A stretch of DNA of 64,000 nt, taken from NCBI RefSeq assembly GCF_037042905.1, contig NC_087246.1, positions 22,320,001-22,384,000 of the forward strand, in the 5' to 3' direction. Position numbers and translations under genes: made by a program. Shown one piece after another: positions 39,983 through 51,832 of the stretch. This DNA is from Lytechinus pictus (Eukaryota). The notes beneath the pieces were generated by a model. That model was not told the origin of the DNA. It made no database searches and was given only the letters and a program-made list of their open reading frames with translations. Numbering within the stretch: position 1 is the first letter of the stretch; every line of letters starts with the position of its first letter.

Positions 39983-40957
39983 CAGGGGCGTAGACAACGG
40001 GGGGGATGAGGGGGATGGCATGTACAATCATCCCCCCCCCCCCCAGGTTTTGGGGAATGATATTTGGTTACTTAATAAGTCATAATGATGATAATAATAG
40101 TAATAATAATAATGATAACAATTATAATATTAATAATAATTATGATGATGATAATAATAATCCTCATCATTATTGTAATTGTGTTTATTGTTATTAGCCG
40201 TTATGGTTCCGATTTCTTCACAAACTTACAAAGCAGTATTGTTACTCCATGGATCATAGTGATACTGTTTATGTTTTTTGTATCTGTATGTTAATGAGCC
40301 GCCAGCCAATATCCATCTTTGGATACTATGCCTGTTTCTTTGAGGTAAAAAAAAAGCATAGTATGTACGTATTCATTATGCTTTATAATGAACAGACATA
40401 TTGTTATGTATTTGTTGTTTATGTGTTCTATTCACAAATGGCCACAGAGGCTGTTTTCATTCATAACCACATTCCCATATCAAGACAACAAAGACTATAC
40501 CTGCGTGTACACAGTTGACATTGGTTTTTTTTTCTGAAGAGGTGTAACAGCAAAATTCACAGAGATAAATAAATACGTAGTGTGGTTCAATATGCAATAC
40601 TATGTGTCAGTCCATTCTGTATTCGTATGCCACGGTGTGTAGATCTTGTCGATGTATGTCTGTCCATTCAAGGCGTAGTATGTGTGTGGTGCGCGCACCC
40701 GTGTGTGTGTGTGTGTGTGAGGGTGTGTGTGTGCGTGCGCGCTTGTGTGTGTTATTTTACCTCATTAAGTATGCATCAGATTGCACGATTTCAAGTTCAA
40801 AATTGCAAAAGCTCCCTACCGTGGGAGGGGGGACACCCCCCTCCCACACCCTCCCCCCGCTCGGTCGCTTCGCTCCCTCGCTCGGGCGCTTCGCGCCCTC
40901 ATTAGCGTTGGCAGCCCAGTCATCCCCCCCAGGTGTACGAACCTGTCTACGCCACTG
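39983..40957. mobile_element. Non-autonomous hAT-like element ~490 bp upstream of the PLPP ATG
   Basis: TIRs CAGGGGCGTAGACA / TGTCTACGCCACTG and an exact 8-bp TSD GCCTACAC; internal (AAT)n and (TG)n tracts. Confidence 0.85.
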
Positions 40958-41746
40958 GCCTACACAAAGTAACCAAACCGAGATTATGATATGCAAAATA
41001 GAAAACTACTGAGAATTATATTTGAATGGAGGGTTATCTAATAAAAACAAGGAATAATCTAACAAAAAAATCACTATGATTATGATTAAAGAGGTAGGAT
41101 TTCAATCTAGTCTTATCAATGGAAAGTATTGGTGAATTGTATAGACAGTGATTGGTGTTGTTGTTGTTGTTGTCGATGATGCTGATGATGATGATAGTGG
41201 TGATGATTATGATGATGACGATTGATGAAAATGATGATGTTGATGACGACGCTGATTGGTGTCGATGTTCATGCTAATTTTTTTGTATGAAGTAGTTTTT
41301 CTTTGACAACAACTTCAATTCATATACATACTAAAATACGTAAAACTAATAAAAATCTCATCTTTGCAAACTTATTACCTTGACAACTCACAAATTTAAC
41401 ACCATACATTTTTTCTTAAGTGTTACAATAAACCACAATTTCAGACATCTTCCAATCCATAATTATAAATGATATTGATGAACTCAACATACTCTTTTTT
41501 TTTTCGAGTGTCCAAATGCACAAAAACAAAATCATTATTAAAACCCAAACAAGTTGAAGCCATTAGCAATTTTTTTTTTTCATAAAAAACCTCCATCACC
41601 TCGGCCTCTTTACTCAGATATTTTATGTCCTAACAATGTTGGTGATTATCGATGATGATGATTAATGTTGTTGGTGGTGATGGTGACTACCCCCCCCCCC
41701 CTGTTGCACAACAAGGATCCGCCTTTGAAACTCATTCTCTTATTTT

Positions 41747-42350
41747 GGTTTATTTCCAATTCGTCTAATGCCAATTCGTCCAATTGCCAATTCGTCCAAT
41801 TGCCAACTCGTCTACTATAATTTGGTCTACCATCAGTTCGTCCACTCACCACATGGTCTACTTTCATTTAGTCTTATGCCATTCCGTCTAATAACCAGTT
41901 GGTCCAATAGTCATTTAGTCCATATACCATTTGGTCTAACTGGACTAAGTGTTTTATTGTACAAAATGAATGAAAATGAAATGGATATTAGACCAACTGG
42001 TTATAAGACGAAATGGTCTTGGACGAAGTGGTGATTAGACGAAGTGATGATTGGACAAAATGGTTAATGGACCAGGTGGGTGTTTCATAAAGCTGTTTGT
42101 AAAGTTACGAACGACTTTACGCACGACTGGAACATGTTCTTAGGTCATAACTCAATTACATAGGGATATCACATAGCACAAGAAAAGATCACCAGTCTAG
42201 CGTAAAGTCCTTCGTATCTTACGAACAGCTTTATGAAACACCCACCTGGTTGTTAGATGAAATGTTGATGGACGGAATGGCATTAGACTAAATGAAAATA
42301 GACCACGTGGTGAGTGGACGAGTTGGCAATAGACGAATTGGCAATTTACC
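41747..42350. mobile_element. Palindromic MITE built of ~15-bp subrepeats, with a nested Harbinger-like MITE
   Basis: TGCCAATTCGTCYAA units on the left arm mirrored by TAGACGAATTGGCA on the right arm. Confidence 0.7.
42076..42245. mobile_element. Harbinger-like MITE with GTGGGTG termini
   Basis: TIRs GTGGGTGTTTCATAAAGCTGTT; CAG and CTG flanks; near-identical to 55646-55815. Confidence 0.85.
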
Positions 42351-43022
42351 CCCTTCGTTCCAGGGGGTGCTGCCTATGGTGAATAACAGCACCCCAGTTA
42401 AAAGTTGTATTTCTATGTAAATATCATCAAGGATGTTTTTAATGTTATGATAACCATAGACAATGACTTTTACTTTTACTTTTATTATGAATCCGTCCTC
42501 TATTTAATATTCTAAGTTCAAAGCTGACGACTCTAATCATCTTTATTGAGTATAGGGTCCCATTGATCACGGTTTACATTAAGGTATGTGCCCCTGTTCC
42601 ACCGATCCGAGAAGCATCTAACACCAATCCGATCCCTATTTTGTGAAAATATCAGCGTTGAACGCAAGTTTATATACATATAGGCCCATATTCTGAAGTC
42701 GGGTTTAATTTAAACTCTGGTTTTAAGTTGTGGTTTAACTATGGAAAGCCAGTTGTTACATAAATCTCCAACAGTAGAGGTTCAATGTATCAGCTCATTT
42801 GACTCCCAAAATATTATGAACTGCCTGGGAAGGATAAGTATGACAATAACTTTTGTTTCATACTGATTATGCTTTACATAATTGATATGTATTGATTTCT
42901 TTATTTTTTTCAGTAGCAATATATAATAATCAAACATGAAAAGAATTATAGTTTAGATGAAAATGATTCAGTGTTATATTTGGCGGCAGATTAGACATCC
43001 AAAAAGTAATTTTGTAGATCAG

Positions 43023-43146
43023 GGGCCCGTCACACAAAGCTTAGCAATCATCATATTTTTCTACGACTGATTGCATTGACTATAGTGTACAATCAATCGT
43101 GAAAATCAAGCGTACGATTAAATCGCTAACCTTTGTGTTACAGGAC
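43023..43146. mobile_element. Harbinger-like MITE, sister of 15614-15747
   Basis: Reverse-complement similarity to the 15.6-kb copy, with the same type of TIRs. Confidence 0.65.
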
Positions 43147-43633
43147 TGAAACAGATTGTAATGTTTGATATGGAATATAAACTCTCTTCGGTCACCATGC
43201 ATAGAGACATTGTCATAATCTCACACTTGCCGTATACATTGTATACAGTTAGCATATTGCACACAAGATTTCATGAACGATACAAAAATTATTTTGCATT
43301 ATTATCAAGAATGTTTTTTTATTTCTTGGTAATCATATTTGAACAATGACATTTATTTATAACTTTTTGACAAAAGCTTTGTTAAATATCTCAATGGTTA
43401 ACTCCAACCTTTCAATTCGAATTGAATTCGAAAAGCAGAAAGACAGATAGAGGGCGTTGATCATCATTATCGAGTAGAATCTCATTGACGATCTCCATAC
43501 AAGAGATTATGAAATGACATATAATTCTACATACTATTTATATTGTATCATTTTTTTTTTAAATAGGCAAATACACTAATAGATGTTAATATGAAAATTG
43601 CACTTAGAGCGTTCTAAGACAGGGGGGGGGGGG

Positions 43634-45051
43634 CAACCGCGTAGCCAGGATTTCATTTTGGAGGGGGCGGTAAATGCACGCGAAGCGTGCCAACAATTAC
43701 AGAGCGCGCGAAGCGCGCTCCCTAGGGGGTGGGTGCAGGGAGGGGGAGTTTCCCCCTCGCGCGCGAAGCGCGAAGCTTTTGGTGTTTCATAAATAAAAAT
43801 GAAAAGGAGCCGTCTCTCTTGTCTCTAGTACCTATATCAGTTCCAATTCAGTTGACTATATTGTGATTTTGAACCTTGTTTTCAAAAGTGATTGTGAACG
43901 CACAAAAAAGGAATACAATGGAGGAAATTAAAATAATAATAAGCCCGCGCGAAGCGCGGAAGCTAAAGCGTGTTATCATTTTTTTTGCCATGAAAAGGGT
44001 CCCGAGAAAAGGGTATACTCAACGATACATTGAATACTTCCCTTGGAAAGATCAGATTTGATTACAATTTAGCGACAGTGCATATCTTTAACTCGCAAAA
44101 CAGAGGAGAAGAAGTGTATATGCCGGGAGGAAGATATTCCTCCCCGCGCAGAGCAATGAAACTCTGAAATTTCAAAGGGCGGACGTTTCATCAAATGCAG
44201 ATATCTCTAATACCTTATAATGCCCATCGGCTCTAATTCAATTGATTTGATAAGATTATTGAACTTCATTACAAGGAAAATAGTGCGCAAAAAGTTGAAA
44301 CTTCTGTGATTTATTGAAATTATATAAAAAAGGATGCCTAATTTCTTTGACTTATCCTGAAGCGCTTCATTTTGAACTATCTCAAGTGTCATTCAAAATT
44401 TCAAACTGAGGGCGCAAAACAGGACAGGAGATGAATGTGCAGGGAAAGGACATGAAGTTTAATAGAATTCGATAAAAATATTGTACTTTTTATTTAATAC
44501 GACACGAATTTTATACCTTCCTCTTTTTAAATAAGGAACCTGTTTGCCCCAAAATTATGGTTGTTTAGTAATGAGCTGAAAAGCGGGAAAAGTTGACTTT
44601 ATGGAGGTGACGGCAGAAATTGATTTTACCCGCCTGGAGCCGACCCGACCATAAGTTGCGCGATAAAAAAAAAAGATAACTTCATATAGTTCGGCCTAAT
44701 CTTACTCAAATTCCATGCCCTAATGTGTACATTTGAACTTGGCAAGAAACACATATAGCTGAGGTGGAAAAACAGGGTTAGAGAAAGGGTGGGGGAAACA
44801 ATGGAGAACTTCAATATTGTCATTTAACCGCGCGCAGCGCGGAAGCAACATTCATATATAAATTTAGAGCAAGAGTGAAGGAGTTTCTCTTTTGAGAAAA
44901 AAATTAAGAAAAAAAAAAAAAAAGCAACCTTTCTTCCCTTTCCTCCCTTTCCTTTTCCTTTTCTCCTCTCTTTTTTCCCTTTTTTTTCTTTTTGGGGACG
45001 TTTTTTTTGGGGGGGGCGACCGCCCCCACCGCCCCCCTGGCTACGCGCCTG
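43634..45051. mobile_element. hAT-like non-autonomous element or elements
   Basis: Ends CAACCGCGTAGCCAGG / CCTGGCTACGCGCCTG in poly-G flanks; repeated CGCGCGAAGCGCG motifs. Confidence 0.5.
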
Positions 45052-45539
45052 GGGGGGGGGCATTATTTGGGCGAAAAACCATAAAAATAACAAATTATCA
45101 TTATGCGTGCAGCGACCCCATCATGTCACGTTTTAAATTCTATCAAAAAAAAATTAACAGAGAATTGGGAACTCTTCATTGATACAATATAGTTTCAGCT
45201 TCAGCCGAAAAAAACACATGAAACTTGTTTTCTTTATAAACCATAGGGTTTTATTATGTTTATTCATTCAAATACAAGTATCAACCCGAAATCCGGTTAA
45301 TATTGGACCTGATCATAGGATGTGCCACTACGATTTAGCGTAACTTTTGAATCCAGGCATGCATCTGGAAAGAATTGGGGGTGGGGGGGGGGGGCAAATT
45401 GCCATAGCTAGGTATTCATGCTATGAGAGTTTTTGCTAAAATAAAAAAAAATCGATCGCAATTCTTGTGCCTCAATACCTCTTTATCTTTTTTCTTTTTA
45501 TGAAATCCTGGAAGCGCCTGTATTTATCATGTCTCTCTA

Positions 45540-45728
45540 TTATTTTTCAAATCGACTGATTGAGAAGAGCGAGATATCTAGTTGCGGTTGGACACCCTCA
45601 GCCAGTTGGGAGAGAAGCCGCCCCACGATAGGGGCATACATGAACCCCCCTCCAGCGAAGGCACAACCTATCGCTATGTTACTATACGATGGATGGACGT
45701 CAATGATGAAGGTCTGGTCTGGGGCCTC
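45540..45728 (-). CDS. PIPOX: PIPOX-like exon 7, terminal (EAPDQTFIIDVHP…AFAGGGFMYAPIVGRLL…FSISRFEK*)
   Basis: PDxxFIIDxHP, APxVG and FxxxRF motifs; CTGCAG acceptor; TAA at 45540-45542. The joined CDS is 1164 nt (387 aa) with no internal stop. Confidence 0.92.
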   Translation of the reverse strand, partial: EAPDQTFIIDVHPSYSNIAIGCAFAGGGFMYAPIVGRLLSQLAEGVQPQLDISLFSISRFEK

Positions 45729-46406
45729 CTGCAGGGAGGGGTGTTAGAAAAGGGAGTAAATAAAAAAAAAAGAGATGGGGAGAAGGGGATGGGAGGGAGA
45801 ATTAAGTGTGAACATTGGAAAAATAATAAGGAAACAGACGATCATCCGTATGACTACATATACCTGGACCTTGCCCATATAAATCTGCAGTAAGCCTCGA
45901 TCCTAAACAGATCTAGCTTTTCGCTTTCTCCACCTTTCCTAATTCTCTTCAAATCGCGGTTCTATTCCTTAGTTTTCGGGGTCAAAGAATCTCATGAATA
46001 TAGTATGGAAGGCAAATGGAAGTACTCCTAAATATACAACGAACATGATCATTGCTTCTAAAATGGCCCTTATAATACCCCCTAAAGTTCTACATTTTAC
46101 ATCCTACCCTGTCTTCAGACGCCCTAATATTTTCAGCCCCATTTTTTTCTGGCCCATATTTCACTTCGACAAGATGTCAAGTTTTGCGATTTGTAACCCT
46201 AAGGTACTGTACATCCTGGAAATTACAACTACCAATCTCGGGTTTTATCATTCTTTTTTGCAAGTTATCATTCACGACGAATAGAACTAGAAACCCCTGA
46301 AAAATATTGATTTTTTTTTTTTTGGGGGGGGGGTGGTTAAATCATATTTGACTCGACAATAGTAGCATTATGAAGATTTTTAGATAGTAGGTCATTTTAT
46401 ATTTAC

Positions 46407-46565
46407 CGTAACAAGACAAGCCTCCTTTATAGCGGGACCATTGTCCGCATCCAGTCCCGGAAAGTGTTCCCGAATATAGTCCCGAAGAACATCTAATTCC
46501 TGCTGTTCATCCGTTTGATCACGGGAATCAGGATCATCGATTGGGGTGGACATCCACTTTCCTAT
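46407..46565 (-). CDS. PIPOX: PIPOX-like exon 6 (IGKWMSTPIDDPDSRD…YIREHFPGL…EACLVT)
   Basis: DPDxRD and HFPGL motifs; Cys at the position of covalent FAD attachment; GATAG acceptor, GTAAAT donor; 159 nt. Confidence 0.9.
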
Positions 46566-46955
46566 CTATCGTTCGAAAAAAACAAACGGAAAAAGGGTAG
46601 CATGTCTCCGAGCATGTCACGGCCTTGATTCCTTACCCGTTATGCAAATTTTTAATCTTTTTAATGAATTGTCCCACAATAATGATGACATATTAATGTG
46701 GTGTATATATCGAACGTTTATACAAAATACTTTGGCGAGGAATAGTGATTTCACGCTTCCTGTTTTCCGACAAAGATGAAATAGATGTATGCTGATGGTG
46801 AAAATATCCTATTTTGAAAGGGTATTCTTTCCTATTGGAAAATAATACAAACAACATTAATGGTAATGATGATGACAAGGATGATTAATAATGTGAAGGG
46901 GGAGAACTTTTATGAAATAGATACATAATTATGAAAAAAATAATGTTCGTTATAC

Positions 46956-47093
46956 CTTCATAAGTCCAGGGTATTCATTGCTTGGACACCCACTGTAGGC
47001 AATTCCATCTCTGTCCAAGTCATTAAAGACTGGAAATTCCGCGTAGGTTCCTTGCACTCTCTCCTTCCAGAATATGTGGTATGCCAGATGAAC
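46956..47093 (-). CDS. PIPOX: PIPOX-like exon 5 (VHLAYHIFWKE…PSNEYPGLMK)
   Basis: EYPGLMK motif; TAAG acceptor, GTATAA donor; 138 nt, phase 0. Confidence 0.9.
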
Positions 47094-47599
47094 CTTACAA
47101 AATCAATAAAGCATTCAACCATTCAATAATAAAGTGGTTGCCTAAAACATTGTCAATATGCACCCAAGCCGGGTGAAGTAAGTGGAGACCTATTTCATTT
47201 CATTTCAATTTCATTTCAAATAAACATTTATTTTCCTCCATTATACAAAATTTCTTCATTATTGTTAACAAGAATTCATATGAAATAAATTTCCATAAAG
47301 AATATAAATATATACATCTTATGTGTACAGAGGAAGGCGTATATAGGTCCCTAGAAGCACATGCTTGTGGCGGGATACGCCTGTGATACTATGATACTTT
47401 CATATGTTCTGTCCATCGCATGTCTAGAGTCTTACACAACAAAGTCGACTACAGCATCTCAATGACTATACACGTGTGGCACTTTGGCTTCCAAGTTTAA
47501 ATGCAGACTTAAATTTAATTCAAGCTACCGGTATAGGACTATTCATAAGTAGGTATCTATACACAATGCTCGTATTTTGTTTATCACATTGCAATGTAC

Positions 47600-47782
47600 C
47601 TGGAGTGATATGTTTAGTCCAAGTTGCTTTATAACTGTTGATGCCCAAGGACCAGGAGCCAGGATGACACTTCTAGTCTGGTACTCACTTCGATTGGTCT
47701 TCACCGTTACCATGGCACCGGGAACAATCTCCAACATCTTCTCCTCATCGTGGAGAACTCCACCTCGTTTCACAAATTCACC
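47600..47782 (-). CDS. PIPOX: PIPOX-like exon 4 (GEFVKRGGVLHDEEK…VILAPGPWAS…LQ)
   Basis: TTTAG acceptor, GTACAT donor; 183 nt, phase 0; GPW motif. Confidence 0.92.
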
Positions 47783-48027
47783 CTAAATTATAATGAAATA
47801 TATTTTTACAATTCTCAATAAAACATTATGTCTAAAGTGAAAGGGTAATCTTGATTACCAATGGAGAGTATAATTATGCAGCTAGGTTTAGAAATTGCCA
47901 AAGTAATGAAAAAATTTATTTGACCCCCGAAAATGATAAGAATTTTCCTGCCAATTACAGAGGCTCCACTTAATTTGTTTATGATAAAACTGCTGAAATG
48001 AATATTCGTCACTAAAAAGATTATTTT

Positions 48028-48276
48028 NNNNNNNNNNNNNNNNNNNNNNNNNNNNNNNNNNNNNNNNNNNNNNNNNNNNNNNNNNNNNNNNNNNNNNNNN
48101 NNNNNNNNNNNNNNNNNNNNNNNNNNNNNNNNNNNNNNNNNNNNNNNNNNNNNNNNNNNNNNNNNNNNNNNNNNNNNNNNNNNNNNNNNNNNNNNNNNNN
48201 NNNNNNNNNNNNNNNNNNNNNNNNNNNNNNNNNNNNNNNNNNNNNNNNNNNNNNNNNNNNNNNNNNNNNNNNNNNN
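48028..48276. other. Assembly gap (249 N) in PIPOX intron 3
   Basis: Run of N. Exon phases on both sides join correctly, so no coding exon appears to be missing. Confidence 0.98.
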
Positions 48277-48311
48277 ATTTAGCTATCTATACGATTTATA
48301 ATGCAATATAC

Positions 48312-48531
48312 CTGGAAAGCATGAAGTGCCTTATTTGCTCGGATATAACCCGCGTGCTGGTAAATGCACAACTCAGAGTCTGCAGAATGTTTGAAGTTAG
48401 GTATCCGAATATTTGCCTCTTCGGCCGCTATCCGCTCCAAACCAGCTCCGGACTTCACCATTGACTGCATAACACGATTCGGATAACCGTCTTCCCATCC
48501 ATCATTAGAAATAAGTAACATCCCAACTTTT
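48312..48531 (-). CDS. PIPOX: PIPOX-like exon 3 (KVGMLLI…AGYIRANKALHAFQ)
   Basis: CACAG acceptor, GTATAT donor; 220 nt, phase 2 to 0; AGxIxAxKALxAFQ is typical of PIPOX. Confidence 0.9.
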
Positions 48532-48543
48532 CTGTGAGTTAGT

Positions 48544-48936
48544 TACGGTGAACGGAGCCTTTAAAGTGCCATCGACTTGACGACTTGACGAGATACTTTA
48601 TCTTGCCATGTCGATATAATAGCCTAATAATGTCGACATGGCGAAATACGTTATCTCGCCAAGTCGACTTATAAAAGGTTATATGTCGACATGGCGAGAT
48701 ATTTGGGCTCTCGCCGGGCCTTGGACACTTCATATCTTGTCATGTCGACATAAAATGTTTTATAAGTCGACTTGGCAAGATAAAATATCTCGCCATGTCG
48801 ACATATAACTTTTTATAAGTCGAATTGGCGAGATAACGTATCTCGCCATGTCGACATAATAAGGTTATTATGTCGACATTGGAAGATAAAGTATCTCGCC
48901 AAGTCTTCAAGTCGATGGCACTTTAAAGGCTCCGTA
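48544..48936. mobile_element. Palindromic IS3EU-like MITE with 6-bp TSD
   Basis: TACGG…CCGTA termini; long TIRs ACGGAGCCTTTAAAGTGCCATCGACTTG; TSD GTTAGT at 48538-48543 and 48937-48942; internal GTCGAC repeats. Confidence 0.8.
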
Positions 48937-49494
48937 GTTAGTAGGTTAATAGAATTTTAAACCTTAAAGTATAATGGAAAATGAGAAAACCCAATCTTGA
49001 TCGGAGATTTAAACCCGTTTTTATTGACATTTAGTAGTCATAGTCCTAGCCATGACAGGTGAACATGGTGAAGCAGAGATTATGCCTACTTTTATTCCTT
49101 GTTTTTCATATATTTTCATTTTTCTCATAACACAATTATGAATGTAAGATCTCAGAATACAATTGTTTATACCTTTGAAAAGGAGTCAGCAAACGAACAC
49201 AATGCACAGGAAGAGTCAATATTGACAACTGATACAACTGAGAGAGAAATGTTCGAATATTTTGTGTACAGCAAATATCCATGTAGGCTAAATGTGAATC
49301 TTAATCCCTATTTGTTCTCGATTCCCGTTTGAGTTGTTGTACTGGTGACTGTAAGGATGATGATGGTAAATGAGAATACTGATGGCGATGACAACGACGA
49401 TGATGATAATAATAATGGTGATAATGAAATCTAGTGTGTAACCATGATACTAATGATGGTGGAGAGGGTAGTGGTGGTGATGATGGTAGGCCTA

Positions 49495-49736
49495 CACTGT
49501 AAAAAAATATTGGGTAAAATTTTAACCACCACGATGGTAATTATGTGTCCAACCATTTTGGGCAGTATTTTACCCAATGTGGGAAGCATATTGTCCAGTA
49601 AGGCTAGAAAAAAATAAGCAGCAATTACTTTAGAATGGGCAAAATTTTCATCACACTAAATAAATAAAAATGCCCAATGTTTGTTGGACACATAAATACC
49701 CTCATGGTGCACATTTACTCAATATTTTTTAAAGTG
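49495..49736. mobile_element. CACT-terminated MITE with TA flanks
   Basis: CACTGTAAAAAAATATTGGGTAAA / TTTACTCAATATTTTTTAAAGTG. Confidence 0.7.
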
Positions 49737-49948
49737 TAATGTTTATTTTTTAAGGAGGTTCACATGATAAAAATTTGTTTCTCGTCGACAAAACGGTCGA
49801 CCGTGGACATGAAGGAGTTAGAATGGTCGACACGCAAAAAATCAATTGCAAAAACGGTCGACACGCAAAAAATCTATTGCAAAAACGGTCGACATTTTTG
49901 CGTGTACATCTATATACTTGAATGATACTGTATGGAGGAGTTACCCAC

Positions 49949-50097
49949 CTCAGCAATTCGGTTTTAGTCTCCTTTTCCAACTCCTCCCATAGTGCATATG
50001 ACTCGGAACTAAATTTTTGAAAGCGTTCGTCTGACTCTGCTAAGCGAGTGATTCTACTGCCACCATGCGAACTACCTCTTGTGTGAGGTAATGAATA
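49949..50097 (-). CDS. PIPOX: PIPOX-like exon 2 (YSLPHTRGSSHGGSRITRLAE…LWEELEKETKTELLR)
   Basis: GSSHGxSRIxR signature of the MSOX/PIPOX family; TATAG acceptor, GTGGGT donor; 149 nt. Only its 3' end appears in the ORF track. Confidence 0.93.
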
Positions 50098-51524
50098 CTA
50101 TACATAATGAAGAAAATATTTTTGAGGAAATAAGCTGAGCAAGTATCAGATGAGAATACAGAAGAGACAGATGAAAACGAAGAAATTGGGAGAGAAGGAA
50201 GACAATCGTGACAATATATAGAGAGGTGACCAAGAGGGAATTTGGATGAAGAGAATGAAACGACCAGGGAGGACAAAAAAAAGAAGTGTTGGGGGAAGGA
50301 AAATAAAAGAATAGAGACAAAAAGTAAGAAATAATTAAAGAATAAAAGAATTAATTAGATATACTGACCTAATTCATATTATAGGCCTACATAACCATAA
50401 CAATAAAAATTCCAACACAATATAATTCTAACCGTAACCAGATAACAGTGGCACTACAGTAGAATAATAAACCAATCATATTTGAGATAATTTTAATGCG
50501 CTTTATTGTATTCTTCTGCATCCATAATTAAAGAGGTAGGCCTACAATAACTTAAACAAAAAATGATAATACAGAAAGAACACAAAATATGATTCATTTA
50601 TAACAAATAAAAATACATTGAGAACACTTTTTGGCGACGAACCAAATACGTGTAGCAACATTCCGAGCAGAATTTTACACTTCTAACTTTATATGATGGC
50701 ATGCACATAACAAAATGTCGAATATATTTTTGATCATGATCTCATGTATAAGCCTGTCCATGCAGACAGTAGTTCATATTTACTTGGGTGAATTGAATTA
50801 TGGGCCTTTTAAATTAGGATCAAAGTGTGTGCATCTTTGTATGAAGAAACACAGATCCTGTAAATCCTTTATTTCAACATGATACTGTATGTTTCTTAAT
50901 ATGGACAACGCCCACAGAATTATACCATCATATTAAAAAAAAACAGTAAATGATAAAATTGGTAATCGTGGTCATGATGGTAATGGTAATTTTATATTCC
51001 TAAAGAAAGTAGAACTCTCTCGCATTGTGAAACTTTCTTCCGAGTGTGGATGATCGTATATTTATATATTGATTTCAAACTAAACATTTTTTTTTTTTAC
51101 AAACTTTTGTCACTGGAATTTTCGACTCAAATTGACATTATACAGTCAAACACTCCTGCCAATTATATTATTGCCAATACATTTTCGCTCAGTGACGTGG
51201 AATGATTTTTTATATTGAACAACGCAGCAATGATTTGAAAATGCTGCGTTGTTGAAAATGCTAGCCTCACAATGAAGTCTTAGTCGAGGGTTGGTGATTC
51301 AGAATAGCAGTTTCATCCAAAGTTTCAGAGCTGACGAAAACCACATATATGTCCTTTGTTAGAGTCACGGACGAAATTGCCGTTCTGATTTACCTACCCT
51401 CAACCAAAAACTTCATTGTCATGAAGGGCATTTGACAATAGATTAGCGAAGTTCCAGAAAGCACCAGAGTAACTGTTGCAAAAACTCCCAATTAAATCTA
51501 GAGCTCCCCCTGTATTCTGACCTG

Positions 51525-51706
51525 GGGGCCGTTTCATAAAGCTGTTCGTTAGTTAAGAGTGACTTTCAGAACGACTGGTGATCCTTTCTCGAGGTAAATG
51601 ATATTCACCATTCATTTTCATTGGTGATTATTTAGCGCGTAAGAAAGGATCACCTGTCGTTCTTAAAGTCGCTCTTAACTAACGAACAGCTATATGAAAA
51701 ACCCAC
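51525..51706. mobile_element. Harbinger-like MITE inserted exactly at the PIPOX exon 1/intron 1 junction
   Basis: ~65-bp TIRs; CTG TSD at 51522-51524 and 51707-51709 (CAG on the gene strand); related to the copies at 42076 and 55646. Confidence 0.9.
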
Positions 51707-51832
51707 CTGTTCTAAGAGTAGAACTCGACGTCCATCTCTCGCGCTGTAATAAGCGGCTGCTGATCCCTCGATGCCCGCCCCGATCACCACTACATCGAAG
51801 ACCATCTCCTTTGTATTTCTGACATCGTCCAT
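51707..51832 (-). CDS. PIPOX: PIPOX/sarcosine oxidase-like flavoprotein, exon 1 (MDDVR…FDVVVIGAGIEGSAAAYYSARDGRRVLLLEQ)
   Basis: GxGxxG FAD-binding motif ending in LLEQ; 126 nt; GTGGGT donor supplied by a MITE end. Confidence 0.92.

Noticed and set aside
40582-41012. 107-136 aa ORFs upstream of PLPP
   Set aside because: Produced by (TG)n and the GC-rich hAT subterminal sequence; low complexity.
45600-45660. Apparent frameshift in the PIPOX last exon at the G/C runs
   Set aside because: Recounting gives GGA GGG GGG TTC ATG TAT GCC CCT ATC, which is in frame to the stop.
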